Shown in pieces: positions 1-8,825 of a DNA stretch of 64,000 bases (its first letter is position 1; each line of letters starts with the position of its first letter). The stretch is from Eubacteriales bacterium. Its GTDB lineage: Bacteria; Bacillota; Clostridia; Oscillospirales; CAG-272. The stretch covers positions 443 to 64,442 of the forward strand of contig JAZKYE010000062.1 of NCBI GenBank assembly GCA_045611965.1. Reading direction: 5' to 3'. Made by a program: the position numbers and the translations under genes. Under the pieces are notes generated by a model, which worked only from the letters and a program-made list of their open reading frames with translations, was not told where the DNA came from and searched no databases.

Positions 1-800
1 GCATAGTCAACCGACGGGAAGCCGCAAAGCGCGTCAACGACAGCTCCGAAGCCGAACGAGTTAGTAATTGCAAGAACCGCACCGAACATAAGCTGAGGAC
101 GCATCGTGGGAAGAGTGATGTACCAGAGCTCCTGCCAACGGTTCTTGATGCCGTCAACGGCAGCCGCCTCGTACATAGAGCGGCCGATGGTCTGGAAGCC
201 CGCGATGAACGACAGGAATGCCGTACCAAGCGAGGTCCAAAGCGCAACCACTATACAAAGAGGCATTACATAATTCGCGTTCTGGAACCAGAGGATAGGC
301 TCGGTGATAATTCCAAGGTCCATAAGGGTTGCGTTTGCCCATCCGTACGAGTCCGACGAGAAGAGGGTTTTCCAAATAAGGTAAACCTGACCGGAAATCG
401 AGGGCGCATAGAAGATAAGCGTTACAACAGAACGGATCTTGGGGGGAAGCTCGTTGATGAACCACGCAATAAGAAGCGAAAGGATATAGGAAACAGGTCC
501 TGTTATCGACGCAAATATGAGCGTATTCTGACAAGCGAGAAGGAATATATCGTCGTTAAGGAACAGACGGATGAAGTTTGAGATACCAAGCCAGTTGGGC
601 ATCTCAAGCATGTTAAAGTCCGTAAGGCTTAAAAGCATCGAAAGAAAAACGGGCAATACAGTAAATATAATGAAGAGAAGGAAGAACGGTGCGAGCATAA
701 AGTATGCCGTCTTGTTGTTCTTCATCTCCTGCCACGTCCAGCGAAGCTTCGACACTTCAGAGCGCTTAACAGGACGATTTGTCTCTGTAGGCTGTGACAT
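1..800 (-). CDS. Carbohydrate ABC transporter permease (MalF/UgpA type). About 266 aa of the N-terminal part lie in the window; the gene continues past the window start.
   Basis: Not in the ORF track because it runs off the edge. Manual minus-strand translation from the ATG at 798-800 gives MSQPTETNRPVKRSEVSKLRWTWQEMKNNKTAYFMLAPFFLLFIIFTVLPVFLSMLLSLTDFN... It continues to the EAA-loop-like YEAAAVDGIKNRWQELWYITLPTMRP. An AAGGAGA RBS lies upstream, and the start is 27 nt after the stop of the binding-protein gene. Confidence 0.85.
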   Translation of the reverse strand, partial: MSQPTETNRPVKRSEVSKLRWTWQEMKNNKTAYFMLAPFFLLFIIFTVLPVFLSMLLSLTDFNMLEMPNWLGISNFIRLFLNDDIFLLACQNTLIFASITGPVSYILSLLIAWFINELPPKIRSVVTLIFYAPSISGQVYLIWKTLFSSDSYGWANATLMDLGIITEPILWFQNANYVMPLCIVVALWTSLGTAFLSFIAGFQTIGRSMYEAAAVDGIKNRWQELWYITLPTMRPQLMFGAVLAITNSFGFGAVVDALCGFPSVDY

Positions 801-827
801 TACATTTTCTCCTTATTCTCAAATTGT

Positions 828-3800
828 TTACTGCGCTGAAGCAGTGGGCGGCTCAAGCTGTCCCTCCTCAAGGACAGGAAGGTCAAACTCAATTCTCTTA
901 CGCTCAATCTCGTCGTTGATAGCGTCGATGTAGCCGCTGAGAGCCTCAACAGCATCCGCACCGTCGTTAACCGCTGCGAGGAACGCAAACTCGGTGTATC
1001 TTGCGATGATGTACGAGCCGGGATAGTTAACTATCGAAGAGAGGTGATTCATCTGAAGCTCAATAGCCTCGTATTCGCTTGCCGTCCAAGACATATTTTT
1101 AAGTGCCTTGACGTTAGCGGATTCGTACTTAGCGGAAGGACCGATAAGAGCAACCATTCTGTTACCGTAATTGGACTGAACGCTCTCGCTGGTCTGCCAC
1201 TGAAGGAACTGCCATGCAGCAAGAAGATTATCGCAGCCGTTAAGAATAACGGTAGCGCCTATTCCCGCGATGGAATCGTAGTTGTAATAACCCGTTTTCT
1301 CATTCTTGTATCCGGGAAGAGAGGTGAACTCCCACATACCTGCAATCTCAGTCGCGTAAACGACGAGCTGGTTGTATATAGTAGCGTAGTCACCGATGAT
1401 AAGAGGCATCTCACCCGTTCTGAAACGGTTTGCCGCATCAAAGGTAACGGGGAATGAGTAATCGCTGTAAAGTCGGCATACGTAGTCGAATGCTTCCTTA
1501 GCAACGTTAGTATCGAGACCTATCTTTGCACCTGCGTAGTCAGGGTTATCGGTAAACTTCCACATGTTTCCGCCCATCTGATAAATCATGAAGTTAAGGG
1601 CAGAGCCGTAGGTAAGACCGACGGACATGTTATTGGTCTGAAGAACAGGAAGAAGCGAAAGAAGCTCGCCCCAGGTCTCAGGAACCTCCTGTCCGAGGTT
1701 TGCAAGAACGTCCATACGGTAGAACATCATCGCGAAGGACATGGTCTGAGGAATTCCGTAGCACTTGTTTCTCAGGATTACGGTATCCATAGCCGCAGGA
1801 ACGAAGTTGTCCGCAGTAACCTCATCATAGGTAAGCGATTTGAAGGTAAGGCCTGCTTCACCGCGATACTCGCTGGTGGTCTCATATACCTTCTCACCGT
1901 TTACCTCGGTGCAATAGGTGTAATAATTTTTAGTAAACAGCTGGTTTGCGCTCACCGCGTTCTTATCAAGAGCGCCCGCGGGTGCGCCGGTTTCGGAATT
2001 TACCTTGATGCCGTCAAGGTAAGGATCGTTACCGCTCACACCGTAAACTGCCTTACGGATAGCGTAGTTGATAACGTCCGTCGAGCCAAGACCGATATAT
2101 ACGTCAGGTCCCTTACCCGAAAGGATTGAGGGAAGAAGCGTACCGCCCGTAACGAGCTTAAGCGTTACTGCTATGCCCGTGCTGTCGGTGAAGCTTCCCT
2201 TTGCGTCGATCATTGTACGCCAGATCTGCGACTGGTCACGACCGGTTGCAAGCCATACGTCGATAGTAACGGTGTCCTCGTCGGGAATGCTGGTAAGACC
2301 CATCTGATCGTACTCGGTGAAAAACGAGTAGAAGAACGAGGAAATCTCAAAGCCGAAGGACTGGAAAAATCCTGCATCGCCCTTAGGAAGAGCCTTTACG
2401 TCCTTATCAGCAGGGCAAACCGTGATGGAATCGACCATCATCGAGCTTTTCTTCGAGTTGTTAATCCAGGTACCGAGAGTACCGAGGTAGGACTTGAGGG
2501 TGGACATATTAGCCGCGATAGCGTCGCCGTACTCCTCACCCATAGTATTAAGAAGAAGCGCTATGGTGTGAAGCGTGGTGATATGCGAGCCCGTCGTTCC
2601 GCAAAGAGCCTCAAACTCCTGCTTAACAGCCTCAAGCTCAATCGCCTCTTCAAGCAGACCTCTTACAACGTCAGGCATAATGTCGTAGAAGTTGTAGTCG
2701 CGGTATTCGTCAGGGTCGTTACCCGTAAGCTGAAGAATGCGAAGGTAATATGAGTTGATATTGTCAAGCGAGGTTTGTACTCTGCGGATAAGATCCTTAA
2801 GAGAGCCGAGCGAGCACTCAAGGTAAAGAGTGTACTCAACGCCAGCCTCGAAGTAGAACTCGAAGGGTCTTTCGCGTCTTTCTATATCAACAACGCTTCC
2901 GTCTGCGTCGGTGTACTCACCGTCAGCATTTACTCTGTAACCGGTAATCTCAACCTCGTTGCCATCCTTATCAAGATAGATATAGTCGCCGACGAAGGTG
3001 GACTGCCAAGCCTTATCGTAATTGAACTGTGCGTTGTACGCTTCAGCGAAGGGTGCGGTGGGTGTATCACCGTAATCACCGCCCGAAAGCTTTACGGTAC
3101 GGCATATGTACATACCCTGAAGTGCGTCCTGCTTGTAACGCATACCGAGCTTGTAAAGGCCGTCCTTATCAACCGAGAATCTGTATGCTGCCCACTGTCC
3201 TACGGTGTTGTAGCTGTTCTCGCCGATAACGTTGTACAGCTGTGCATTGGGTGCCGAGGGATAGGTGATAGCAGATGTGTTATCGTTGGTTGCCGAAACC
3301 GATGAGTCGGATACGAAATCAGGGAACTCAGCCTGAATGATATTCATGCTTCCGCCGTCTGCCGCGGTGTAGCCGTTTGCCTTATATTCAGCAAGGATTT
3401 CGTCGTAGTCCTTGAGGGATGCTTCCTCATCGTCAGCGGGAACGAGCTCAATGGACTTTACGATAACGGGGTCGCGCTCTGCTGCAAGAGTAATGGTTCT
3501 GTATCCGCTCTCGAAGTAGAAGCTGAAGTAATCGTGATAGTAGCCCGTGGTATCCTGACAGTAATATACGCCCCACTTGGAAAGCTGGGTGATGTCAGGT
3601 GCCATCGAGTTTCCGTTGATATCCTGATTTATCTGATAAATCTCAACGGTCTTAATTCCGTCCTTAACGACCGTAACCTTTTTGAAGTAGCCGGGGTTTT
3701 CACCCTTCTTCTCGGTGTAGTATTCGGTATTATATGAATCCTCGTCAGTAGTAGCCTCGGATACCGAGCTTATGAGAGTTTCGTACTTCCAATACTTCGT

Positions 3801-4319
3801 GAGGTTAAGCTGACCTGCCTCAGAGAAAGGAATCTCGCCGTTGATATACAGCTTTCTCTCAATCGAGCTGATACTGCTCTCTGATGTTTCGCAGTTGAAG
3901 TAGGTTATACGGATGTAATACCTTCCTGCTGCAGTTTCGGGAATTACGACGCTCCAGGTCGCCTCGCCTACCGAGGGAAGATAAACAGAGGTTGACTGGT
4001 TATCTCCGAAGTTTTCCCAAGCATCAGGATTCTCCATCATAGAGTTCTGGCACTCCTGGCTGTTTGCAACCAGCTCAGCGTCACCCGTTACCGCGGAATT
4101 GCTTACGAGTATCGTCGTAAGTCCTTCCTTGGATTCGGGCATCGTTTCAAGGTACTCAGCATAGCTTGTCGTACCGACGAGCTGCTGCATGTCCTTTAGC
4201 GACGCTGCGGTGGTCTCGGGCTTATTGTAGCCCGCGAAAGCGCCTACCGCAACAACACTGAACAAGGTCGTTACGCAAAGAATCAAGCAGACGATTCTTT
4301 GGAACACTGACTTTTTCAT
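828..4319 (-). CDS. Very large (1163 aa) extracellular solute-binding protein of a sugar ABC transporter, with an N-terminal CBM-like extension
   Basis: Signal peptide MKKSVFQRIVCLILCVTTLFSVVAVGAFA. The C-terminal ~500 aa look like a family-1 solute-binding protein and sit directly upstream of the permease. The N-terminal ~600 aa carry two beta-sandwich/CBM-style segments (AAGRYYIRITYFN...LYINGE and DGLYKLGMRYKQD...VKLSG). Confidence 0.8.
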   Translation of the reverse strand: MKKSVFQRIVCLILCVTTLFSVVAVGAFAGYNKPETTAASLKDMQQLVGTTSYAEYLETMPESKEGLTTILVSNSAVTGDAELVANSQECQNSMMENPDAWENFGDNQSTSVYLPSVGEATWSVVIPETAAGRYYIRITYFNCETSESSISSIERKLYINGEIPFSEAGQLNLTKYWKYETLISSVSEATTDEDSYNTEYYTEKKGENPGYFKKVTVVKDGIKTVEIYQINQDINGNSMAPDITQLSKWGVYYCQDTTGYYHDYFSFYFESGYRTITLAAERDPVIVKSIELVPADDEEASLKDYDEILAEYKANGYTAADGGSMNIIQAEFPDFVSDSSVSATNDNTSAITYPSAPNAQLYNVIGENSYNTVGQWAAYRFSVDKDGLYKLGMRYKQDALQGMYICRTVKLSGGDYGDTPTAPFAEAYNAQFNYDKAWQSTFVGDYIYLDKDGNEVEITGYRVNADGEYTDADGSVVDIERRERPFEFYFEAGVEYTLYLECSLGSLKDLIRRVQTSLDNINSYYLRILQLTGNDPDEYRDYNFYDIMPDVVRGLLEEAIELEAVKQEFEALCGTTGSHITTLHTIALLLNTMGEEYGDAIAANMSTLKSYLGTLGTWINNSKKSSMMVDSITVCPADKDVKALPKGDAGFFQSFGFEISSFFYSFFTEYDQMGLTSIPDEDTVTIDVWLATGRDQSQIWRTMIDAKGSFTDSTGIAVTLKLVTGGTLLPSILSGKGPDVYIGLGSTDVINYAIRKAVYGVSGNDPYLDGIKVNSETGAPAGALDKNAVSANQLFTKNYYTYCTEVNGEKVYETTSEYRGEAGLTFKSLTYDEVTADNFVPAAMDTVILRNKCYGIPQTMSFAMMFYRMDVLANLGQEVPETWGELLSLLPVLQTNNMSVGLTYGSALNFMIYQMGGNMWKFTDNPDYAGAKIGLDTNVAKEAFDYVCRLYSDYSFPVTFDAANRFRTGEMPLIIGDYATIYNQLVVYATEIAGMWEFTSLPGYKNEKTGYYNYDSIAGIGATVILNGCDNLLAAWQFLQWQTSESVQSNYGNRMVALIGPSAKYESANVKALKNMSWTASEYEAIELQMNHLSSIVNYPGSYIIARYTEFAFLAAVNDGADAVEALSGYIDAINDEIERKRIEFDLPVLEEGQLEPPTASAQ

Positions 4320-4386
4320 GAATTGGTTTCCTCCAAAATTTTATTTTTCCCGCGCATAAATATAGCACGGGCCATTTACAAGGAAA

Positions 4387-4415
4387 ATTATAGCATACAC
4401 TCTTTGAAATGTCAA
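4387..4415 (-). promoter_or_regulatory. Sigma-A type promoter for the sugar ABC operon
   Basis: The minus strand reads TTGACA (4415-4410), a 17-nt spacer, then TATAAT (4392-4387). It lies about 70 nt upstream of the ATG at 4319. Confidence 0.6.
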
Positions 4416-4761
4416 TCTTTTATTTTATAAATAAGAAACGCTGTGGGCACGATTTACACAAAAAGCCTTCATTTTATCTGCAAAGCCTGCAGGGATACCT
4501 GTGCTTTTCCTACACATTCTTTTAACAAATCCGTAAAATAGTAAATGTTATTTACAATTATCAGTCCAAAAAGTTCTTGTTTTTCACATAAATTCGACAA
4601 AGGTAAATCACTTTTACATCATCGCGTCATTTTTGCGTCTCAAAATCACATTTTCAGCTGCATTTTTAATTCTTGTAAAGTTTGCACAAAAGATGAATAA
4701 TAATTTCTACACGGTCTTTTTTGAGCATTTTAATCTATCAAGCTTATTTTACTGCGATTTT

Positions 4762-4807
4762 CAGAAAAAACAGTGCCCGAGCGCGGAAATTCCGTATTGC
4801 TCGGGCA
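4762..4807 (-). terminator. Rho-independent terminator after apbE (end of the rnf-apbE operon)
   Basis: Stem GTGCCCGAGC (4772-4781) pairs with GCTCGGGCAC (4798-4807). On the minus strand it is followed by TGTTTTTTCT. Confidence 0.7.
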
Positions 4808-4899
4808 CATATTCTTACAGTTATTTTGAGTTACACTACTTTTTTTTACTGCCTTTTTTCCTTGGGAATTTATGATAGTAGACATTCGTGAGGGTTTCT

Positions 4900-5955
4900 T
4901 TACGGGCTTATTCTGATATTGGAAAAGCCCTCTGAATACACCTGCTCACCGCTATCGAGCACCCACATTACATACACTCCCTCAAGCGAGCTAACGAGGG
5001 CTCTGCCCTCCTCTATTTCCATACACATAAGCGCGGTTGAGAGCGCATCTGCACATCCGGAATCCTTGGTTATTACAGAAACGGAAAGATAGCCCTTGGC
5101 GGGAAAAAGTGTGTCCTTATCAATTATATGGTGGTATTTCACACCGTCAACGGTGAAGAAGCGCTGATACACACCGCTTGTTACAACCGAGGCGGATTCA
5201 ATGCCCACGTACTCAATATACGGCCTGCTTTTATCCTGCGTATCGGGGTTTTCTATAGCGACGGAAAACGCACCGTCAGGTCCCTTCCCTATCGCTCTTA
5301 CATTACCGCCCACGTTGAGAATATAGCCCGTGAGCCCCCGCTCCTCAAGCACTCTTGCAACGCGCTCGGTTGCGTAGCCCTTGGCAATAGCGCCGACGTC
5401 AAGGCGCATATCGCGGTCGGCAAGCGTGACGGTTGAATTTTCCTTATCAATAATCACATCAGCGATACTTGCGTGTTTGTATGCCACCTCAAGGTCCTTT
5501 TTGTCAGGAAGCGACGAGGCACTTGGTGTGCTTTCGGCCTGCTTTCTTTTACTGTGCCATATTGACAGCACCGAGCCCATAGCCGCGTTGACGTAGCCGT
5601 CGGTAAGCTCGTACATCGCCTTACAGTATTCAAGAAGCTCGATTATTTCCCTATCAACGCTGACAGCACCGCCTCCTGCGTTATTATTGATTGTAGCGAG
5701 GTTATTAATTCCCTCATAGGTGTGATGAATATCGAAAAGCCTATGATATCTGCCAAGCTCGTCGATAGCGATTTTCGCCCATTTATCAAACTCTGCCTTA
5801 TTTCCCTCAAAGCCTATAACAGTCGTAAGGGTGTCAAAATAGTCAAAGCAATATTCGGTGTGTTTTTTCTTCGGCATCTGACAGCAGGTCATAAGAATTA
5901 CGCTACAAATAATCAAGAGGATGCACACGCCCCTCTTAAACCAAGAAAAAAGCAT
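4900..5955 (-). CDS. apbE: FAD:protein FMN transferase (ApbE family flavin transferase), membrane-anchored or exported
   Basis: Contains the ApbE-family strings FDTLTTVIGF and GAIAKGYA and has a hydrophobic N-terminus. I prefer the ATG at 5955 (MLFSWFKRG...) because AAAGGAGGA sits 6 nt upstream. The ORF-track start at 5961 abuts that RBS. Confidence 0.9.
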   Translation of the reverse strand: MLFSWFKRGVCILLIICSVILMTCCQMPKKKHTEYCFDYFDTLTTVIGFEGNKAEFDKWAKIAIDELGRYHRLFDIHHTYEGINNLATINNNAGGGAVSVDREIIELLEYCKAMYELTDGYVNAAMGSVLSIWHSKRKQAESTPSASSLPDKKDLEVAYKHASIADVIIDKENSTVTLADRDMRLDVGAIAKGYATERVARVLEERGLTGYILNVGGNVRAIGKGPDGAFSVAIENPDTQDKSRPYIEYVGIESASVVTSGVYQRFFTVDGVKYHHIIDKDTLFPAKGYLSVSVITKDSGCADALSTALMCMEIEEGRALVSSLEGVYVMWVLDSGEQVYSEGFSNIRISP

Positions 5956-5996
5956 ATACATCCTCCTTTTATCTCGGGGTCTTACCCGAAAATACG

Positions 5997-7871
5997 TCAG
6001 TCAAAAAGCTTATTCGTTGCTTTTACGAAATCGGTGATATAAATAGTACAGCCAGCCGACACGATAGCGTCGTTACCCTTACCGTATACAGTAAGCGCCG
6101 CCACACCGTCCTTGTCAACTCCGACGAGCGCGCCGTCGTACACGTCAGCCTGCTCGTACCATTCAAGAGCAGAGCCCGCGTAAAGCTTCATGCCGTAGTT
6201 CTCTTTAAGAACACGCTTTGAGGTAGCATCCTTTGCCGCGTTAGCCTTACCTGCGGCGGTAAATTCAGCCGCTACGCTGATAGCATCGGTAATAGCAACG
6301 GATACCTTACCGTCAGTACCTACTGTCGCCGCAACGGCAGTAAGGTCAACCGTAACGCTTCCGTTTGCAGATGCGGTAGCGTCAGTACCCTCGCTTGCCG
6401 CGGTAATGCCAAGACGAAGCTCGTCGTCAGCCGCCGCATTAGCAGGCTTAAGCGTATCAAACGCAAGGTCAATAGCCTTGATAAAGTCGCTGATATAAAT
6501 AGTGCATCCGGCAGAGGTAACCTCATCGTTACCCTTGCCCGTTTCGGTAATGAGCGCAGAAATCTCGTCAAGAGTTTTGCCGATAACAACCGATACAAAT
6601 GCGTCGCGATGCTCAAACCACTCGTGCGATGCGCCGTAGTTCACCATATTGTAGTCATATCCGAGCTCGCCCTTGGTTTTAAGCTCCCCAAGAGCCACGT
6701 ATTTGCCGTCAGCCGTAAAGGCGGGCTGTGCCTGAAGCGTATCAATTCTGCAATCTACAACTCTGTTCTTTGCGTCAACAAGAAGCGCACAGACGGTGAT
6801 ATTGATTTCAAAGCTACCGTTAGCATCAGCAGCATTCGTGCCGGTAACGCTCTCATACATTCCGATACCTATCTGATTTCTCGACGGGCCCTGTGCGTAG
6901 AGCTTAAGCGCCGCCTTGATGAAATCGGTGATATAAATGGTGCATCCGGCAGAGGTTATAGCGGAATTGCCCTTGCCGTTTTCCATAAGCGCGGGAATAC
7001 CGTCCTTGCCGACTCCGACGAGAGCCTCGTCAAACACATCAGCCTGCTCGTACCATTCAAGAGCAGAGCCTGCAAATTTCTTCATTCCGTAGTTCTCGCC
7101 AAGCTCGCGCTTTGAGCTTGCGTCATCCGTCGCAAGAGCCTTGCCCTGCGTGTCGAATTTCGTGCCGACGCTTATAGCGTCAGTCATAGCTGCGGTGATT
7201 TTTCCGTCAGCGCCGATAGCGCCCGCAACTGCGGTAAGGTCCACAGTAGCGCTTCCGTCAGCCTGGGCGGTCGCGTCAGCGCCCGTAGCGGTTGCAGATA
7301 TACCGAGCTTTACGGTATCAGTAGCGCTCGCATCAGTGGGCTTAAGCGCAAGGAATGCGGCATTTATAGCCTTGATAAAGTCGCTGATATAGATAGTACA
7401 GCCTGCCGTAGCAACCTCTTCGTTGCCCTTGCCGGTTTCGGTAACGAGCGCGGCGATTTCCTCTGCGTTTTTACCGATAATAACCGAAACAAAGGCATCG
7501 CGATGCTCAAACCACTCGTAGGATGCGCCATAGTTCACCATATTGTAGTCAAATCCGAGCTCACCCTTGGTTTTAAGCTCGCCAAGAGCCACGTATTTGC
7601 CGTCAGCGGTGAAGGCGGGCGTTGCCTGAAGCGTATCAATCTTCGCGTCAAGAATTCTTTTATCCTTATCAACGAGAAGCGCGCACGCGGTAATATTAAT
7701 CTCGAAGCTACCGTTATTATCGGCGGCATCCGTGCCGGTAACGCTCTCGTAAAGACCGACACCTATGGAATTTCTTGACAAATCCATAATAAGATAAGAG
7801 CTGAAGCTCGCGCAGGTAAGCAGAATTACAGCTACGAGCGCTAGCGAAAGCAGTTTCTTAAAATTCAACAT
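5997..7871 (-). CDS. Exported or membrane-anchored protein with four tandem FMN_bind-like modules; putative multi-flavinylated electron-transfer protein
   Basis: N-terminal anchor MLNFKKLLSLALVAVILLTCAS, with a GGAGA RBS 5 nt before the ATG at 7871. There are four homologous modules. Each has a g-x-[FV]-x-[IV]-x-[IL]-T...DGKI beta segment and ends in [ST]AGCTIYI[ST]DF[IV]KA. This is comparable to the vDavSGATxTS ending of FMN_bind domains. The gene lies between the rnf genes and apbE. Confidence 0.6.
   Translation of the reverse strand: MLNFKKLLSLALVAVILLTCASFSSYLIMDLSRNSIGVGLYESVTGTDAADNNGSFEINITACALLVDKDKRILDAKIDTLQATPAFTADGKYVALGELKTKGELGFDYNMVNYGASYEWFEHRDAFVSVIIGKNAEEIAALVTETGKGNEEVATAGCTIYISDFIKAINAAFLALKPTDASATDTVKLGISATATGADATAQADGSATVDLTAVAGAIGADGKITAAMTDAISVGTKFDTQGKALATDDASSKRELGENYGMKKFAGSALEWYEQADVFDEALVGVGKDGIPALMENGKGNSAITSAGCTIYITDFIKAALKLYAQGPSRNQIGIGMYESVTGTNAADANGSFEINITVCALLVDAKNRVVDCRIDTLQAQPAFTADGKYVALGELKTKGELGYDYNMVNYGASHEWFEHRDAFVSVVIGKTLDEISALITETGKGNDEVTSAGCTIYISDFIKAIDLAFDTLKPANAAADDELRLGITAASEGTDATASANGSVTVDLTAVAATVGTDGKVSVAITDAISVAAEFTAAGKANAAKDATSKRVLKENYGMKLYAGSALEWYEQADVYDGALVGVDKDGVAALTVYGKGNDAIVSAGCTIYITDFVKATNKLFD
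6000..7781 (-). repeat. In-frame internal tandem duplication (2 x ~894 nt, ~298 aa) inside the FMN_bind-like gene
   Basis: GATGCTCAAACCACTCGT occurs at both 6608 and 7502, an offset of 894 nt. The protein halves SRNSIGVGLYESVTGTDAADNNGSFEINITACALLVD... and SRNQIGIGMYESVTGTNAADANGSFEINITVCALLVD... are collinear and diverged. Confidence 0.9.
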
Positions 7872-7929
7872 AAAAATCTCCATTCTGCCGCTATGCGGCA
7901 TGTAGAATAGTCGTGTTAAGGCTGCAGCC

Positions 7930-8427
7930 TTAAAACTTACCGATTCGCTTTATGAGAAGCGAGGCGGCAAGTCCTATGAATATACCCGAGACGGTTCCCG
8001 TAACAGCAAGAACCACCATATAGTAAATTAACTCTCTTGTGTTAAGAAGAAGCATAGCCATCAGAATCTGACCGAGGTTGTGGCTGACGCCACCCGCAAT
8101 ACTGACACCGACGGTAGAAAAGAGCGCGCACCTTTTCATCAGCACCATAACGGCAAGGCTCATCACCGCGCCCGCAATACTGTAAGCGAAGGTCATCACA
8201 CTACCGAAGAGAAGTGACGAAAGGCACACTCTGACAAGCGACACGGTAGCCGCAGAGAGAAAATCAAGTCTGTAAAGAAGAAAAATTATAATTACGTTTG
8301 CAAGTCCGATTTTTATACCCGGAACGGCAGTGAACAGAGGTGGCAGAAGAAACTCGATATACGAGAGTATCAGTGCCACCGAGGTGCTGAGCCCGAGAAG
8401 GGCGAGCCTTACGGTTTTCTTTCCCAT
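7930..8427 (-). CDS. Gx transporter family membrane protein (Hpre_diP_synt_I / PF07456-like)
   Basis: 165 aa and polytopic. The N-terminus LALLGLSTSVALILSYIEFLLPPLFTAVPGIKIGLANV is typical of this family as I recall it. A GGGGGA RBS is present. Confidence 0.7.
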   Translation of the reverse strand: MGKKTVRLALLGLSTSVALILSYIEFLLPPLFTAVPGIKIGLANVIIIFLLYRLDFLSAATVSLVRVCLSSLLFGSVMTFAYSIAGAVMSLAVMVLMKRCALFSTVGVSIAGGVSHNLGQILMAMLLLNTRELIYYMVVLAVTGTVSGIFIGLAASLLIKRIGKF

Positions 8428-8436
8428 AAAATCCCC

Positions 8437-8817
8437 CTACTCTATCTCAACGACGAGTCTGTTAGGCAGGCAGACCACGGTCTCACCCACCTTACTGACC
8501 GCTCTGTGGCTGACACAAACACCGTCAGGACAGCTCGCCTCGCTGATGAAAACCTCGCCGTCCTTAATAACAACGTTATTAAACACATCCGATGCCTCGT
8601 CACCGACGGTAAATTCGGTATTTTCAGACAAGGGGTAGGTATTCGTGCGCTGACCGTTAACGATAATAACCACCGTATTGCCACCGGTGCCACCGAATGT
8701 AAAAATAAGATACAAGGCGAGCGCCAGCGCAAGAACTGTGGCAATCAGAAGAAAATCGTTTCTAATCCTGCCACCCGTGCTTTTCGAGGTGGCAGGATTC
8801 GTGCTGTCATTTTGCAT
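8437..8817 (-). CDS. NusG domain II-containing protein (DUF1312-like), membrane-anchored
   Basis: N-terminal TM segment LLIATVLALALALYLIF. The C-terminal ASCPDGVCVSHRAVSKVGETVVCLPNRLVVEIE matches the CPDxxC...IVCLPN signature of NusG_II proteins. Confidence 0.75.
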   Translation of the reverse strand: MQNDSTNPATSKSTGGRIRNDFLLIATVLALALALYLIFTFGGTGGNTVVIIVNGQRTNTYPLSENTEFTVGDEASDVFNNVVIKDGEVFISEASCPDGVCVSHRAVSKVGETVVCLPNRLVVEIE

Positions 8818-8825
8818 ATTAATGC

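Noticed and set aside
4633-4875. 80-aa plus-strand ORF in the apbE / sugar-operon intergenic region
   Set aside because: It is AT-rich and low-complexity (Phe/Tyr/Leu), has no RBS, and spans the apbE terminator hairpin. The region is better explained as promoter and terminator space.
5997-7901. Internal ~894-nt duplication as an assembly artefact or mobile element
   Set aside because: The two copies are clearly diverged at both DNA and protein level. They remain in frame and carry no terminal inverted repeats or transposase. This is consistent with an old in-frame domain duplication.
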